Origin: the human T2T-CHM13v2.0 reference genome, Homo sapiens
Assembly: GCF_009914755.1 (NCBI RefSeq)
Contig: NC_060940.1
DNA length: 64,000 nucleotides
Direction: 5' to 3' (one strand)
Shown here: positions 1 to 20,815 of the stretch, in pieces
Numbering within the stretch: position 1 is the stretch's first letter
How the letters are laid out: each line of letters begins with the position of its first letter
Notes under the pieces: generated by a model
The model's database searches: none
The model's input: only the letters and a program-made list of their open reading frames with translations
What the model was told of the DNA's origin: nothing
Translations under genes and position numbers: made by a program

Positions 1-1
1 G

Positions 2-127
2 CGCCTGCGGGACCAGTGCGGCTGGTGGGTGGTGCTGCTGGCCTACGGCACCTTCCTGCTCTTCGCCGTCTTCTGGAACGTCTTCGCCTACGACCTGCTG
101 GGCGCCCACATCCCCCCACCGCCCTGA
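2..127 (+). CDS. RHBDL1: Rhomboid-like protease 1, end of last coding exon (partial)
   Basis: Frame from nt 2 reads [41 protein letters not shown] (last TM helix and C-terminus); TGA at 125-127; sits upstream of STUB1 as expected. Confidence 0.9.
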   Translation, partial: RLRDQCGWWVVLLAYGTFLLFAVFWNVFAYDLLGAHIPPPP

Positions 128-323
128 CCGGCTACCTGAGGCTGCACAGGCCAGGGCTCGGGCATGTGGTGGCCGCCCACCAGGGGCCTTCACGTCTGCC
201 CTTTGTGAACGGACGTCTCAGGGCTGCTGTGCCCCTTGGGTGTGGGTGGCCTCAAAGGAGGCCCTGTCCCAGCCACCCACCCCCCACTCCCAGGACTTGC
301 GGTCTGAGCCTTTTTGGATAATT

Positions 324-329
324 AATAAA
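324..329 (+). terminator. RHBDL1 polyadenylation signal AATAAA
   Basis: AATAAA about 200 nt after the stop, in an AT-rich patch. Confidence 0.85.
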
Positions 330-539
330 TATTTTACACAGCACCAGGGGGCTGTCCCGGGCTCTGGAGACTCGTCAGGGCCCCCACACCTGCTGCACAG
401 ACCGCGACGGCCCTCCCCACCACGGGGGCCTGGACTTCCCTCCTTGTGCATCTCTGCACCTGGGGTCAGGCGTGGGAGTTGTTCCTGGGCCACAGGTGCT
501 GTGTCTGTGGGAGCTGGGGGCACGCGGGATGGCTGGGGG

Positions 540-591
540 CCGGGCGTGTGGTCAGGCCAGGTGTGTGGTCAGGCCGGGTGTGTGATCAGGC
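540..591. repeat. Short tandem repeat, about 3 x 17 bp (ccgggtgtgtggtcagg)
   Basis: Three imperfect copies read directly. Confidence 0.7.
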
Positions 592-607
592 GTGAGTTTG
601 GGAAGTG

Positions 608-613
608 TTTATT
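608..613 (-). terminator. Poly(A) signal of the STUB1-divergent transcript/pseudogene
   Basis: TTTATT on + (AATAAA on -), about 105 nt past the pseudogene stop at 719. Confidence 0.75.
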
Positions 614-1749
614 GAGCTCCCGTAGTGGCCAGCCTCCTCTTCAGCCTCCCTGCCGTCCAGTGAGACCCGGAGGCCTGAGGTTCTGTGGCAGGTGAGCAGG
701 CCTGGGCCATGGCCAAGTTTACTCGGCCTGGGTTCCATGCTTCTTGGCTGGCCTAGCATCCTCGTGGGTGGCCAGGCTGGGGCCAAGGTTGGGCAGCAGG
801 TCTGGGCACAGCCTCTGCCCCACAGCCCAGGTCCACAGTGCTGTCTCCACTAGGTAGGGAGTCCACTGTCCTGAGGCACTGGCTAGGGAGGGGCACACGG
901 ACTCAGGCCCAGGGGCACGGGCCACCCCAACCTGCCCACACACAGTTCATTCCCCTTGGCTCAGAGCTGTGGCCCGCTCTTGAACCTGGCCCAGGTACAG
1001 CAGGTAGTACCTGAGGGTGTACTGTGGGGCCGGCCAGCCGGGCACTGTGGCCACCGCCTCATCTGACATGAAGGCCTCCATCTCTGGAGCTCCAGCTGCC
1101 AGGACTGCTGTGAACAGCGAGGAGAAGCAGCCAGACACACCCCATCAGGACAAGCTCTGGGAGACCCTGCTCCCAGCAGCCCAGGGCCCTATGGTTCCTG
1201 CTCCTAGCGACACGCAAGGGCCCAGACTGCCCGCTTCACAGACAAGAACGCCTATGTACCCAAGTCGTGCCCACCCAACTCACCCGAGGCTGTGGTGGGC
1301 CCACACCGCAGAGGGCACACAGCTCGGTGACTGCAGCCCCCACATCTGGCAGGAGGCAGAAGGTGGCGGTCGAACAGTGCACAACCAGCTCAGGGGGATT
1401 GGTGGCCACCAGCTGCTGCAGACGTGGCCGGAAGCGCCCCTCTGTGGGAGGCCAGGTCAGGGTGCCTGGGGTGCTGGACCCACCAGGGAGGCCCCGCCCC
1501 CACTGGAGACACCCGCCCCGCCGATGCCACGCCCCAATGAAGACCCGCGCTACGGAGGCCCTGCCCTCGGGGCGGGCCGCCCTTCACAGTCAAGCTGCCA
1601 GGCCAGCAGCCGCTCCAGCTCCCTGTCACATGCTTCTCTGCTCTGCCCCTGATGGCCGCTGGCAACTCTTCCCGATACCTGAGGAAGGGCGGTGAGGGGA
1701 GGACTGGCCACGGAGGACGCTCGCCCCACCGATCTCTATCCCCTTCCAC

Positions 1750-4564
<2,815 letters not shown>

Positions 4565-4801
4565 GGTTCCCTGCCCTACCTGGCGTCCTGGTCCAGGGGA
4601 GCCCTGGGCAGAAGCCCCCGGCCCCTATACATAGTTTATGTTCCTGGCCACCCCGACCGCTTCCCCCAAGTTCTGCTGTTGGACTCTGGACTGTTTCCCC
4701 TCTCAGCATCGCTTTTGCTGGGCCGTGATCGTCCCCCTTTGTGGGCTGGAAAAGCAGGTGAGGGTGGGCTGGGCTGAGGCCATTGCCGCCACTATCTGTG
4801 T

Positions 4802-4807
4802 AATAAA
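4802..4807 (+). terminator. STUB1 poly(A) signal AATAAA
   Basis: AATAAA about 240 nt after the stop. Confidence 0.85.
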
Positions 4808-4868
4808 ATCCGTGAGCACGAGGTGGGACGTGCTGGTGTGTGACCGGCAGTCCTGCCAGCTGTTTTGG

Positions 4869-6394
4869 CTAGCCGAGGAAGGTGGAGATGAAGACGCTGG
4901 TGTCAAGGTTGAGCGTAGCATGCCACCAGCGGTCGGGGAAGTACAGCACCTGGTGGAGGAAGGGGGTGCAGCAGAGATTAGCTGCGGGCCTCTAGCCTGG
5001 CCTGGCCCTCTCCTGCCAGCCACTGACCTCACCAGCCCGGATGGTACACTCCAGGGGCCGTGCAGACGGTGGCAGGGCTGGGTATGTGTCCCGGAGCCAG
5101 GCCAGCGTGGTCTTGTTGGGGTGGAACTCTGGCGTCTTCTCAGGTGGGTAAAGGAACCAGCGCTGGGGGCATGAGCAGCAGTGTCACCCTTGCCCGTTTT
5201 GGTCAGCGAGTCCCAAGCCTCAACCCCCACCCCGTGCTGACCTTACGACCGTAGATCACTTCTGAGTACCCGGGTCCATGCCAGTGGAAGGGCACCCCCG
5301 AGCCAGCTCCTGTGGGGTTATGAGCACCTGGTGACCAACCCATTTTGTACTCACCGACAGAAGCCTCAGTCCTTCCCAGTCCCAAGAAGCACCCACCTGC
5401 GATTCCAAAGCTGTAAGCTGGAGCGGTTCCCAGCAGGCCAAATGGGGGTGGGGAGTAGTGCCGAAAGAGAGAGGCCCACTCGGTGAAGTTGTTGTCCCCG
5501 AAGAAGTACAGGGTGTCTGCCAACAGAGACGGCGGGGACAGGGATCCTGGCACCTGGAGACTCCAAGCGTCCCCACCCCCTACCGCCGCCTAGGGCTGCC
5601 TCACCATTGCCCAGGGAGGTGGGGTCCTGGGGGTGCAGCAGCTGCTCCACATACTCCTGGAAGGGCAAGTCCACTGCAGGAAAGAGACGGGTCAGGACCG
5701 TCTGGTCCAGCCGCCCCGGTGTTGGCAAATGGGCGGGCCCCAGGGGTGAGGCCGCGTACCTTTGTGGTAGGAGTAGGTGTTGGCGGTGCTCAGCCGGACC
5801 ACTCTGTCCCCAAACGAAGCCAGCAACCTGTCGCGGGAGCACAGGGCCCGGAACCTCTGCGGGGGCGGGGAGGGGACTTAGTGGCCGGGCCCAGCACGGG
5901 CGAGAGTGGCCGGGGACGGACGGGCACGCGCTCACCGAGTTGTCCGTGAGTCCCTGCAGGATGACGGGCCTGACGAAGGCGTACCTGGAAAGAAGGGCAG
6001 AGTCGCGGCCAGGCCGGACCGCCAGCCTCGCCGCCCCAGCCCCACGCGTGCGCGCGAGGTCAGGGGAAGGCGGCCTTGGGCGGTCGGGGCAGACGGGCCG
6101 GTGAACAGGACGCGACCTCCGCGATCAGGGGCGCACGTACTGCTGCACGAACTCCGCGTAGGTGAGGTCGGCCCGACGCTCCACCGTGCAGCGCTCCTCC
6201 TCCGCCACGGCCCCCGGCCCGCCCGGGCGCCTGCGGGCACAGCTGGGTCAGCCCGCGCCCCGCCCGCCGCACGTGACCCCACCGCCCGGCCCCTCCCGGG
6301 CCGCTCACCACCCGCCGTCGCCCTCCGCCCCGGAGCCGGGTAGAGCCACAGCCGCCAGCGCCCAGAGCGCGAGCAACCGCGACGCCGGCGCCAT
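4869..6394 (-). CDS. JMJD8: JmjC domain-containing protein 8, 264 aa, with signal peptide
   Basis: Exons 6394-6309, 6230-6141, 5984-5936, 5856-5760, 5673-5605, 5516-5397, 5309-5242, 5162-5028, 4949-4869 total 795 nt; MAPASRLLALWALAAVAL..., JmjC GVPFHWH and WWHATLN. Confidence 0.97.
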
Positions 6395-6399
6395 GAGCC

Positions 6400-6700
6400 T
6401 GCCGCCCTCAGGCAGCCGCGCTGCACGCCGGGAACCTTGGGCCCATCCGCCAGCCATTGGCCGGCAGCTTCGTCGTCGTGGCAACGGCCGGGAACCGGGA
6501 CGGACCCCGGAAGTGACCTCCTTTGGCCCGCCCCGGAAGAGGCCTCTACGGGAGGCACTGGGAAGGCCGCCCCGAGAGCGACTATGGGCGCCGCCGGTTA
6601 CCATGGCGACAACCCCGCCGAAAGCCCCCGCCCGCCAGCTGCCCCGCGGGCCTACGGCGAGCCCGCCGCGCTATGGGGTGACACGCAGTGCCGACAGCGG
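6400..6700 (-). promoter_or_regulatory. JMJD8 CpG promoter with ETS and RFX X-box motifs
   Basis: CCGGAAGT 6507-6514; X-box-like GTCGTCGTGGCAAC 6472-6485 and GTTACCATGGCGAC 6597-6610. Confidence 0.7.
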
Positions 6701-6710
6701 CTCTACTTCC

Positions 6711-6716
6711 TTTATT
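6711..6716 (-). terminator. WDR24 poly(A) signal
   Basis: TTTATT on +, about 95 nt beyond the WDR24 stop. Confidence 0.85.
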
Positions 6717-6808
6717 GAGGTCTCAAGTTCCAGCCTCCGCCCGTCTCGGGCACAAGACCAGGCGGGGTTCTGCACGCGGCCGCCCGGGCAAGCCCAGCAG
6801 ATGCCCCG

Positions 6809-9800
6809 TCAGGAGTACTCGCAGAGGTGGCCGCAGCCTGCGGGACAGTGGGAGCTGCCTTCCAGCCACTTCATGATGTGCTGCAGGTGGCCGCCGTGGC
6901 TGCAGCCCTGGCACCACACGAAGAGACCCTTGACTACGTGGTGGCAGACGGCACACATGCTGGCGCAGCGGTGGCACCTGGGGGCGGGCGGGAGGGAGGG
7001 TGCCTCAGCGGGGGCTGCTGCGCTGCCTGCAGGCCCCTGCCCCACCTCCCGACCCCACTGCCCCACCTGTCGCAGACCCAGCCCCGGCTGCTCATGGGCC
7101 GCTTGCAGTGGCTGCAGTTGACGTGCAGGGTGGTGGAGGCCTGGTTGAGGCAGCTGACGGCGCGGCTGGTGCTCAGCTTGACCACCTCGTTGGACACGTT
7201 CCAGAGGCGGAAGCGCTGCAGCAGGTCGATGTAGGAAGTGTACCAGTGCTCCTGGGGGAGGGAGCGCCCGGCAGTCAGGATCTGGGTGCCAGGGGCGGCG
7301 CTGCAGGGGGGAGGCCCCGCCCACCACACACCTGGGTCTGCTCGTCGATGTCCTTGCGCACCCGTTCACCCAGGACGATGAGCACAGACACAGCCATCTG
7401 CACGTCGCCCTGCTCAGCGTAGAAGTGCAGCATGTCGCGCACCAGCACGCCGAAGAAGTCGGGCGGCAGGCGGCTGTCGTAGAGCGCGTGTGAGACAGAC
7501 AGGAGCGAGAAGGAGGAGTCCACGGGGGCCAGGGAGGCCACATCCGCCTCGCTGCCGCTCACGTGCGGGGAGTCGGCCTTGTCCTGCAGGTGCTCGGGCC
7601 CGGGAGGCGTGTCCACGATCTCGTGGCGCAGCGGAAAGGCCTCCTGCGGCAGCACGCACTCAGGGTCCTCGGCTGGAAGGCAGGGACCAGCGGAGGCTCT
7701 GAGTCTGTCCTCCATCCGCCTCTGAACCCCACCCTGCCCGGACCCCCACTCACGGTGCGCGTGTTCCGGATCCAGCAGGTACAGCTCGTCCTCCTCACCT
7801 TCCACGTCACCCAGCAGGTAGTCGGCAGGTACGTCGCTGCCCTCGGTTTCCTCGTTATCTGCCCGACAATGGGGCGGGCATTCAGGGTCGTCTGGGACAC
7901 CCCCACCCCTCTCCCATCAGCACCCCTACCCACCCCAGCCTACCCTCATTGGTGATGAGTGTGGCCGAGGAGTCGAGCAGAACTGTGTCGCTCCGTGCAT
8001 CTCCTTTGCTGCGGTCCAGCCGCGTCTCACTGCCCAACCCTGGGGCCATATCCTTCAGGTTGAAACTGGGGGCAGGAAGGGCCCATGGGTGGGTGGGCTC
8101 GAGCAGCCCCAGCCCCTGGGGAGAGCTGCCCCCGGCATCTACCTGTTCATGAGCGGGAGGCCACAGGAGCCACCCTTGCCCACACTGTGGTTGAGGTTTG
8201 CAGTGGGCACTAGGCCAGGGCTGCAGTAGATGATCCGCAGCATGGTCCACGTTTGCGCCACCTAGGGGCGGGCACTGGTCACTTGTGGGCGTCCTGGACA
8301 CCCAGCACCCCATGCAGGTCCCTCTCTGCCTGGACAGTCACAAGCCCTCAGCATTCAGCTGCCCTCAGTACCCAATGTCCAGGCCCACCCCAGGTAGGAA
8401 AGCTGAGGCTCATGGGAAAGACAAAAACCCCGGTCCCCGCCCTACAGCAGCACAGAGGAAAACAGAATTGGGCAGTGGGGACTTGCGGGGCAGCTAGAGA
8501 TGGGCATGGGAACGGCAGCTCACGGCTCCACCGCTGCTGGTGCCTGGAGAGCTCCAGAAGCAAGGGGGGAAGAACAGAGAGCTTGAGCCACACGACTCCC
8601 GAGACCCCCGCCCCTCAGAGGACAGTCCTGGGTCTGGCCCACCCTGGAGCCCTGGCCCTGTGTGATCCTGACACCCTCAGCTACCAAGGCAAGGCCTGTT
8701 GGTGCGACTGGCTGGAGTCCATTGCGGAGCTTGAGGTGGGGTGAGCGCAGCTGACGGAGGAACCAGCCCCTGCCCTGAGGTCGTGGCCCAGGGACCCCCA
8801 GGCTCAGCACCTACCTACCTGGTTGCGGCCAAGCTCTCGAGCCACCTTTGCGTTGTGGTCACAGAGCTCGGCCAGTGGCCGGCCAGCCAGCGCATAACGC
8901 TCAGCTGTGTCCACAAACCAGCGCATGCCGCCGCCACCTGGCTCCGTCTCAAAGACACTGAGGGCACTGGAGGCGAGGCCTGCGAAGGGCTCGGCAGGGT
9001 CCAGCTTGCGCTTAAAGAAGATGGGGTGGCGCCGGTCGCCAGTGTAGGGCTTGCGCCCCGACTCGGCAGCCACGAGGCTCTCCTTGGCGGCGAAGGCCAG
9101 GTCCCCGAAGAGGCCGTAGCAGAGGCCCTCAGGGTTGGCGCGCTCGACGGGCTGGCTGGCGTCGCGGAACAGGTGCTGGCACAGCGAGCTGTCCTTGGAG
9201 CCAGACAGCAGGAAGGAGGGGTCGTGGGGGTGGCGCCAGGCAATTCCCGTGGTGACGTCTCGGTGTTCCTCAAACATGGCAGCTGGCACGAAGGGCCGGC
9301 GCACGTCCCAAACATAGATGTTGTGGTCCACCATCATGGAGCACGTGGCCAGGTGGTGGCGGCACTCTGGCCGCCACTTCACACGGGCCACCGAGGCGAT
9401 GGTCTGCACACAGTGCATCTCCTTGGCACGGTGCGTGGTCATGTCCCAGACCTTCACCATCTTGTCGCGCCCTCCAGTGGCCAACCAGCCCCTGTGGGAA
9501 GAAGGTCCACCCAAACCCTCAGTGGCCTTTCCTGCAGAGAGGGGACCCCCCCGCTCTGCTGCTCCGGACTGTCTCATGGATCTGAGGCAGTGAGAGCTTA
9601 CTGTCAACCTACTGCCCCTGCACCCCCATGCCACACCTGTCCTCGGGGTGCCAGTCGCAGCAGAAGACGGGTCCGTTGTGGGCTGTGAACATCCTCTCGC
9701 ACCGGTCGGGACGCCGGATGTCCCAGAGCTGCACATTGCCGTTCTCAAAGGTGGAGGCGAAGGTGAAGTAGTCCCGGATACTGAACTGCACGTCCCGCAC

Positions 9801-11715
9801 GCTCTCCGACTGGCCTGCAGGCAGGAGGTCGATGCAGGGGAAGTGACGGGGCTGGCCCATGAGGTGCGCCCTCAGAACAGCTGTGGCATGGTGTCACACA
9901 CCTGCCTGTGGCCCAGAACAGAGGCCCAGAGGGTAGAGTGGACATCCCCAAGATCTGCCCAAGGAAGCAGCCACACAGAGTCGCCACAAGAGCCTGGGCC
10001 CGGGAGCAGGACACCACGTGATTTGTAACACATACTCCCGGGCGTCATTTGCCGTAGATTCTGCATCCTGCATCGGTCCATGAGCAAAGCTGTGGTGCAG
10101 CCTCAGGATGCGGCAGCTGAGCACTGGGAGAATAGGAACGCACCCAGCCATCGCCCACTCCCGTGGCCCTGTGGGAGGCCCAAGGAGGTGCTGAGGAGGG
10201 TGCCCCAGCCTTGGCCCAGTCCCTTCACCTGGAGCTGGAACTGCCTGGTCAGCCCCAAAGGACTGGATGACTCAGGGCCCAGGTCCACCCTAGGGGACCA
10301 CCACACCAAGAAACTTCAAGGGCGGTACCCAACCTTCCTCCAGGGCCCTGCAGGGGAGGCAGCTCAGGATCTGTCTTTTTAGACGGAGTCTCCCTCTGTC
10401 ACCCAGGCTGGAGTGCAAGTGGCACGATCTGGGCTCACTGCAACCTCCACCTCCCGGGTTCAAGCAATTCTCCTGCCCCAACCTCCCAAGTAGCTAGGAT
10501 TACAGGCGCGTGCCACTGCGCCCAGCTAATTTTTTGTTTTGTATTTTTAGTAGATATGGGGTTTCCCTGTGTTAGCCAGGAGGGTCTCAATCTCCTGACC
10601 TCGTGATCGGCCTGCCTCGGCCTCCCAAAGTGCTGGGATTACAGGCATGAGCCACCGCGCCCTGCCAGGATCTGTCTTAAGTGGCCTGAAAATTCTCTGA
10701 GGCCCCTGAGGGCTCCGCCTTGTGCTTCATACCTAGTCTCCTCCAGGTGAACAAGGGAGAGCTGGCTCAGGGCAGCCATCGGGGAGCTGGGCCTGTTAGG
10801 AAAAGGGCCCCAGGGCACTGGACAGCAAACCCACCTCCTCTGCCTCCCTGGGCCAGGAAACCTGGAAGTCCTGGCAGACCTCCTGCTATGAGGCAGCCTC
10901 TGTAGCTCCGACATGAGGGAAGGGAGTCAGTGGCTCTCTGCTCACCACCCAGGCTGGCTGGGAGACCGCTGGGGCTCTGCCCTCCCTCACCCCACACCTA
11001 GCCTCAATTTCTGCTGGTCTCATCTCTTGCCTCTTCCCACTTGACTGCCCTGGCTCACATGCCGTCCAGCCCAACTTGCCCCATCCCTCCCCTGCCGATT
11101 CCCTTTCCCCCTGAGGAAGCCCTCTGGGAGTGATCCTGAGGGCCTCTGATGCACGGAGCCCTTTTCCGCCTGCATGGACAGGCTGGGCACCGGCAGAGAC
11201 GCCCACCTGCCCTGACCTGCCTCTGTGGCCTCACCCGAGAAGGTGCTGACAGAGTCCTTTCTGCGGAGGTCAAAGCACTTCATGAAGCCATCCTGGGAGC
11301 CACTGAGCAGCACGTGGGCTTCGGTGGGGTGGAAGCAGACTTTGTTTACCGTGCGCTTGTGTTCTGTGAACAGCTGGTCCTGCTTGTTGCGGGATGGCCG
11401 GCCCAGGTTCCACGTGACCACCACGCCATTGGTGGCTGCTGTGGCCAGCAGGTTCTCATCCATCTGGTGCCAGACCACGTCAGCACAGCTCAGGTTAAGC
11501 GAAGGCTTGCGCCCCACACGCAGGTTCAGCTTTTCCACGAACTGTTCCTCCTCGATGGCATAGATCTTGAAGATGCTACGGCCTGCCACGACCACCTGGG
11601 CTGCGTCGCGGCACACACTGATGGCATTGGCGGGAGCATCCAGGTGGCAGTGCATGGTGCGGCCTGTCAGCACGCTGCCACCCAGGGCTGTGGTCACACG
11701 GGACATCTTCTCCAT
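6809..11715 (-). CDS. WDR24: GATOR2 subunit WDR24 (WD40 repeats + C-terminal Zn/RING), 790 aa
   Basis: Exons 11715-11235, 9814-9637, 9491-8819, 8261-8143, 8065-7944, 7858-7754, 7672-7332, 7251-7067, 6977-6809 total 2373 nt; [13 protein letters not shown]...CSHGGHLQH...[12 protein letters not shown]. Confidence 0.98.
10376..10666 (-). mobile_element. Alu with target-site duplication
   Basis: Full antisense Alu; TSD AGGATCTGTCTT at 10366-10377 and 10667-10678. Confidence 0.95.
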
Positions 11716-12147
11716 GGCTGCACAGGTGATGAGGTCAGGGGTCAGGAGGTCAGTGAGGTGGGCTGGCCTGGTCAGCCTGGGTGGGTCATCAGTTCAGACC
11801 TTCCACCCAGGTTGGGACCCCAGAACTGCTTGGTCCCGGGCTGGTCAGTCTTAGTGAGCCAATCCAGGGCTGTCTATCAGCCAATCAGCCTGACAGGCAA
11901 GCTCAAATTCACTGGAGTCTGTCAGTCCAGCCCATCACCCTGGCTGAGCGGTGAGGGGACTTCCTAGCTTCCCTTAGGCCTGTCAGTTTCATGTCTGACT
12001 TCCACGGAAGACTCTAGCTGGACATTCCCGGCCCAGGCCACCTCTCGGTACCCCCATCAGCCAGATCTGGGCAGTCACTAAACGCTCGGTCAGTCAATCC
12101 CAGCAGGGGAGCGAGGAGACTCCCGCCGTCCACACTGTCAGCCCTGA

Positions 12148-13064
<917 letters not shown>

Positions 13065-13572
13065 TAGACAAGTTCCGAGTGCCCCCAGTCTTCCCCTCCT
13101 TCCTCACTCCTCGACCTCGGGAGCAGCCTCCCAACGGCTTTCCTGGGTCCGTCTTTCCCCTTTGATCAGAAACCCGCACAGAAGTCAGGCACCAGGTCTT
13201 CTGCCTGAGGCCTCTGGCAGCTCCCACTATGCTGTGAATGAACCCCAACTCCTGGCCTCCGCCTTCCCCTGCCCACCTCCAGCCATGGCAGCCTCCACCC
13301 CCATTCCCAGCCCACCAAGCCCTTTCCTGCCTCAGGGACATTGTACGTGCGTGCGATGCCTCCTCCACAGAGCGGACCTCCCTGACCACTGCCCTAATGG
13401 GCTTCTCCATCACTGTGGCCTCCACGGCACTTGTCACCACCCATTCGTTTGTTTACTGGTTGTTGTCGGTCACATACGAGTGTGAATTCCACCAAGGCAG
13501 GAATCACATTCTGGCTCAATCCCCACCGAATGCCCAGTGCCTGACACACCTGTTCAACCAGTTGCTCTCGTT

Positions 13573-14166
<594 letters not shown>

Positions 14167-14589
14167 TCAGTTGCCTTTTTCGACCTCTCTGTCTCTCCTG
14201 GGTGTGAGCCATTGTCTGCTATTGGTGCATTTTGTAATCTTTTGCGACATCCTTGTCCTTGCCTGTTACTGTGTATAGAACAGGGTTTATTTCTGCCTCT
14301 CTGGAAGGGTGGGCTAGAGTCTGGATATGTTGGAGGGAATATTATGTGTAGTGACTTCAGTGTTGTCTCTCCCTTTAAGGAATGGGAGGTCCTCTGCCTT
14401 CCATGTAGTCACTGCTGTTTCCATTCTACCATGTCGGCATCCAGCCTCTACCCCTTTGTTGCAAGAAAGAATAAATCTGATAAGAGGTACAGGAGAATCC
14501 CGAGACCTGGGATGCGCAGGGCAGATATGCCCACCTACACCGCTGTCTGGGGACCTAAAAACAACTCAGACACATGTTTTTACAACTTT

Positions 14590-14595
14590 TTTAAT
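14590..14595 (-). terminator. FBXL16 poly(A) signal ATTAAA
   Basis: TTTAAT on +, at the AT-rich end of a ~1.8-kb 3' UTR. Confidence 0.65.
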
Positions 14596-14962
14596 ATATA
14601 TTTTTATAAACAGGTCACGTGATAAAATAGCACAAGAAACACTTACCAAATATAAGGTTATATCTTCCGCATATACAGGAGAATGAGGTCGTTATGTACA
14701 ATAAGAAAATGATTTTAGGGGTTGGTTGGTTTTGTTTTCCTCTCTCCCCTTAATTTTTCCTCCTACAGTCGTTGGAAATATCACAGCTTCAGTTGCATTA
14801 ATACTTTGGGCAAATGGACAGCTGCCCCTCCCCACTAGGGGTTGTGGGGAGGAGGGGCTGGAGAAACTGGCTCCTGACCACTCAGCCCTGGAGCTTCCTG
14901 GGGCTGGCACTCCAGGGACAGGAAAATCTTTGGGCTGTTGATCTGTTTCTGATTCAACAGCA

Positions 14963-15022
14963 TCTCTCTCTCTCTTTCTCTCTCTCTCTCACTCTCTTTC
15001 TCTCTCTCACTCTCTGGCTCTC
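14963..15022. repeat. (CT)n/(GA)n microsatellite in the FBXL16 3' UTR
   Basis: Imperfect CT dinucleotide run. Confidence 0.9.
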
Positions 15023-16349
15023 TGGAAACTGGTTACTCTCTTCCAACCAGATAGGGAGTGTCCCAAGATTGGGTGTGGGCGCGGTATCTCCTGGGGCTCA
15101 AGGTTGGGATGGGAAGGGGTCCCAGCCCCCTCCTCAGCAACAGCTGAGATTTGCCAGCATCCCCCAGGACTTCCAAATGTCTCGGGCCGACAGAGCACGG
15201 TCAGAGCCCATTTGGGCAGACAGAAGTTTGGGAAGCTGGGGAGGGGTGAAGTGGGGGTGGGGGGGCAGGCTAGAAAGGAGCCCTCCCTCCTCGGGGTGTC
15301 TAGGGTGTGCTGGCCACTGGAAGATTGGAGTCGCTGACCCAGTGCTGACCCTGACCCTTGGCTGGGTCCACTCTGCAGACTCCACCTGAGGAGACCCACC
15401 CAGGGTGAAGCTCGGTGCCCAGGCCTGAACTGAGCCCGGCCGGGTGCAAGGGCTGAGGTGTGAGGTCGGCCCAGGCCTCTTCCCAGGCCTGAGGGTGGCT
15501 ACAGCTCGAGGCTTGCAAGGTGCCTGCGCCACCCCTGGGTTGAGGCCGACCGGAGTCAGCTGGGATCACGTTAATGACTCCAAGCGATCGCCAGCCCTTC
15601 CGCCCTCTCCCTGCCCAATTCTCTCAGCCTGGCCAGGGACCAAGGCCGGGTTTTGGGGCGGACAGGGGACTGCCCCACACAGCGGCAAGGAGGAGGAGAG
15701 GCCGCGTGGGTCAGGCTGGATGGGTGAGGAGGTGCGGGTGGGGCCTGGGCTCTCGGCGGCGGGCCATGGCTTTGGCGGTGGCCTGTTTCCCCTGACACCC
15801 CTCGGAGGGCTCCAGGTATGGTGCGGTGGAAGATGCAGGAAGCCCGTGGGGCTCTTCTGGGCCCGTGTCCTGGGGGACCCAGCCCCCTCAATCCCACTGG
15901 GCCCTGCCCGGGATGGGGGGGACAGTGGGAAGACAGAGCGGGTGTGGCGGGGAAGGCGGTAAGGGCACAGTCTGGAGAGCTCAAAGCCCCCCCAAGGACC
16001 GAGCCCCGCCCCCCAAGCGGGAGGGCGAGCGAGTGATGGCGGCGGCTGTGGCTGTGGCGTGGCGGAGGGCGGCGTGCAGTGCGGGCACGAGGGGCATGCA
16101 CAAAGTCCCCGAGTGTGCGTGCGTGCGTGGGGCGGGCCCACCCGCCGCCCCCCTGCCCGGGGCGGGGCTGGGAGGGCGGAGGGACCGAAGGTCGGGGAGG
16201 GGCTTTCCCTCGGCTCGCCCCGCCTCCCGCGCTGGGCCGGGGGCGCGGGGGCTCCCCCGAGCGCAAGGCGGGAAGAGGGGGCTCGGCGGCGCCCCGCGCC
16301 CCCGCCCAGGTCATGGCCGGGTTCCCGCGACCGGGGCGGGGGCCTCGCG

Positions 16350-19586
<3,237 letters not shown>

Positions 19587-19861
19587 CTTCCTGGCACGCT
19601 CTGTGGATGAGGGCCGGGAGGGGGAGTGAGTCTGTTGCTGAGTCTGGAAGGCCGGGGTTGGGGGCGGGTGCAGTGGGGCTCCTTCCCTCCTTGGGCGTCC
19701 CTATGGTGCTCCCAGAACCACCAGACAGAGAGGATGGGAGTGCCTGCTTCTCCCTCCCAGACTGTGAGCAGCAACAGGAAGCCAACCATGGCCACTGGCA
19801 GCACTCACTGGGCACCTACGGTATGCACTGAGCCCAACCTTCATTGCCCATGGACACCCTC

Positions 19862-20484
<623 letters not shown>

Positions 20485-20815
20485 GAAACCTTTTTGTTTG
20501 CCCAGTGAGGCGAAGAAACGCCGACACTTTTTAGCACTTAGGTACCATGATGGCCATTTTACAGAGAAGAAAATGGAGGTGGACCTGGTGAGGCCAGGAC
20601 TGCTCTCTTGACCTCTCTGCTGTGCCGTCCACTGTAGGTACCCACCAGGCCCACCCCTCTGGGCAGGCCAGGGGAACTGAAGGGAAGGGTCTGGGGTGGC
20701 CTCTGGCCCCTCCCCTGCAGGGTGACTGCACAGCGCTCAGGAGGGGCTCTGGTGCTGACTCTGCAGCCACCCTCCACATGCACAGGAGCTTCCCTGGCTC
20801 AGAATCTACCCAAGG

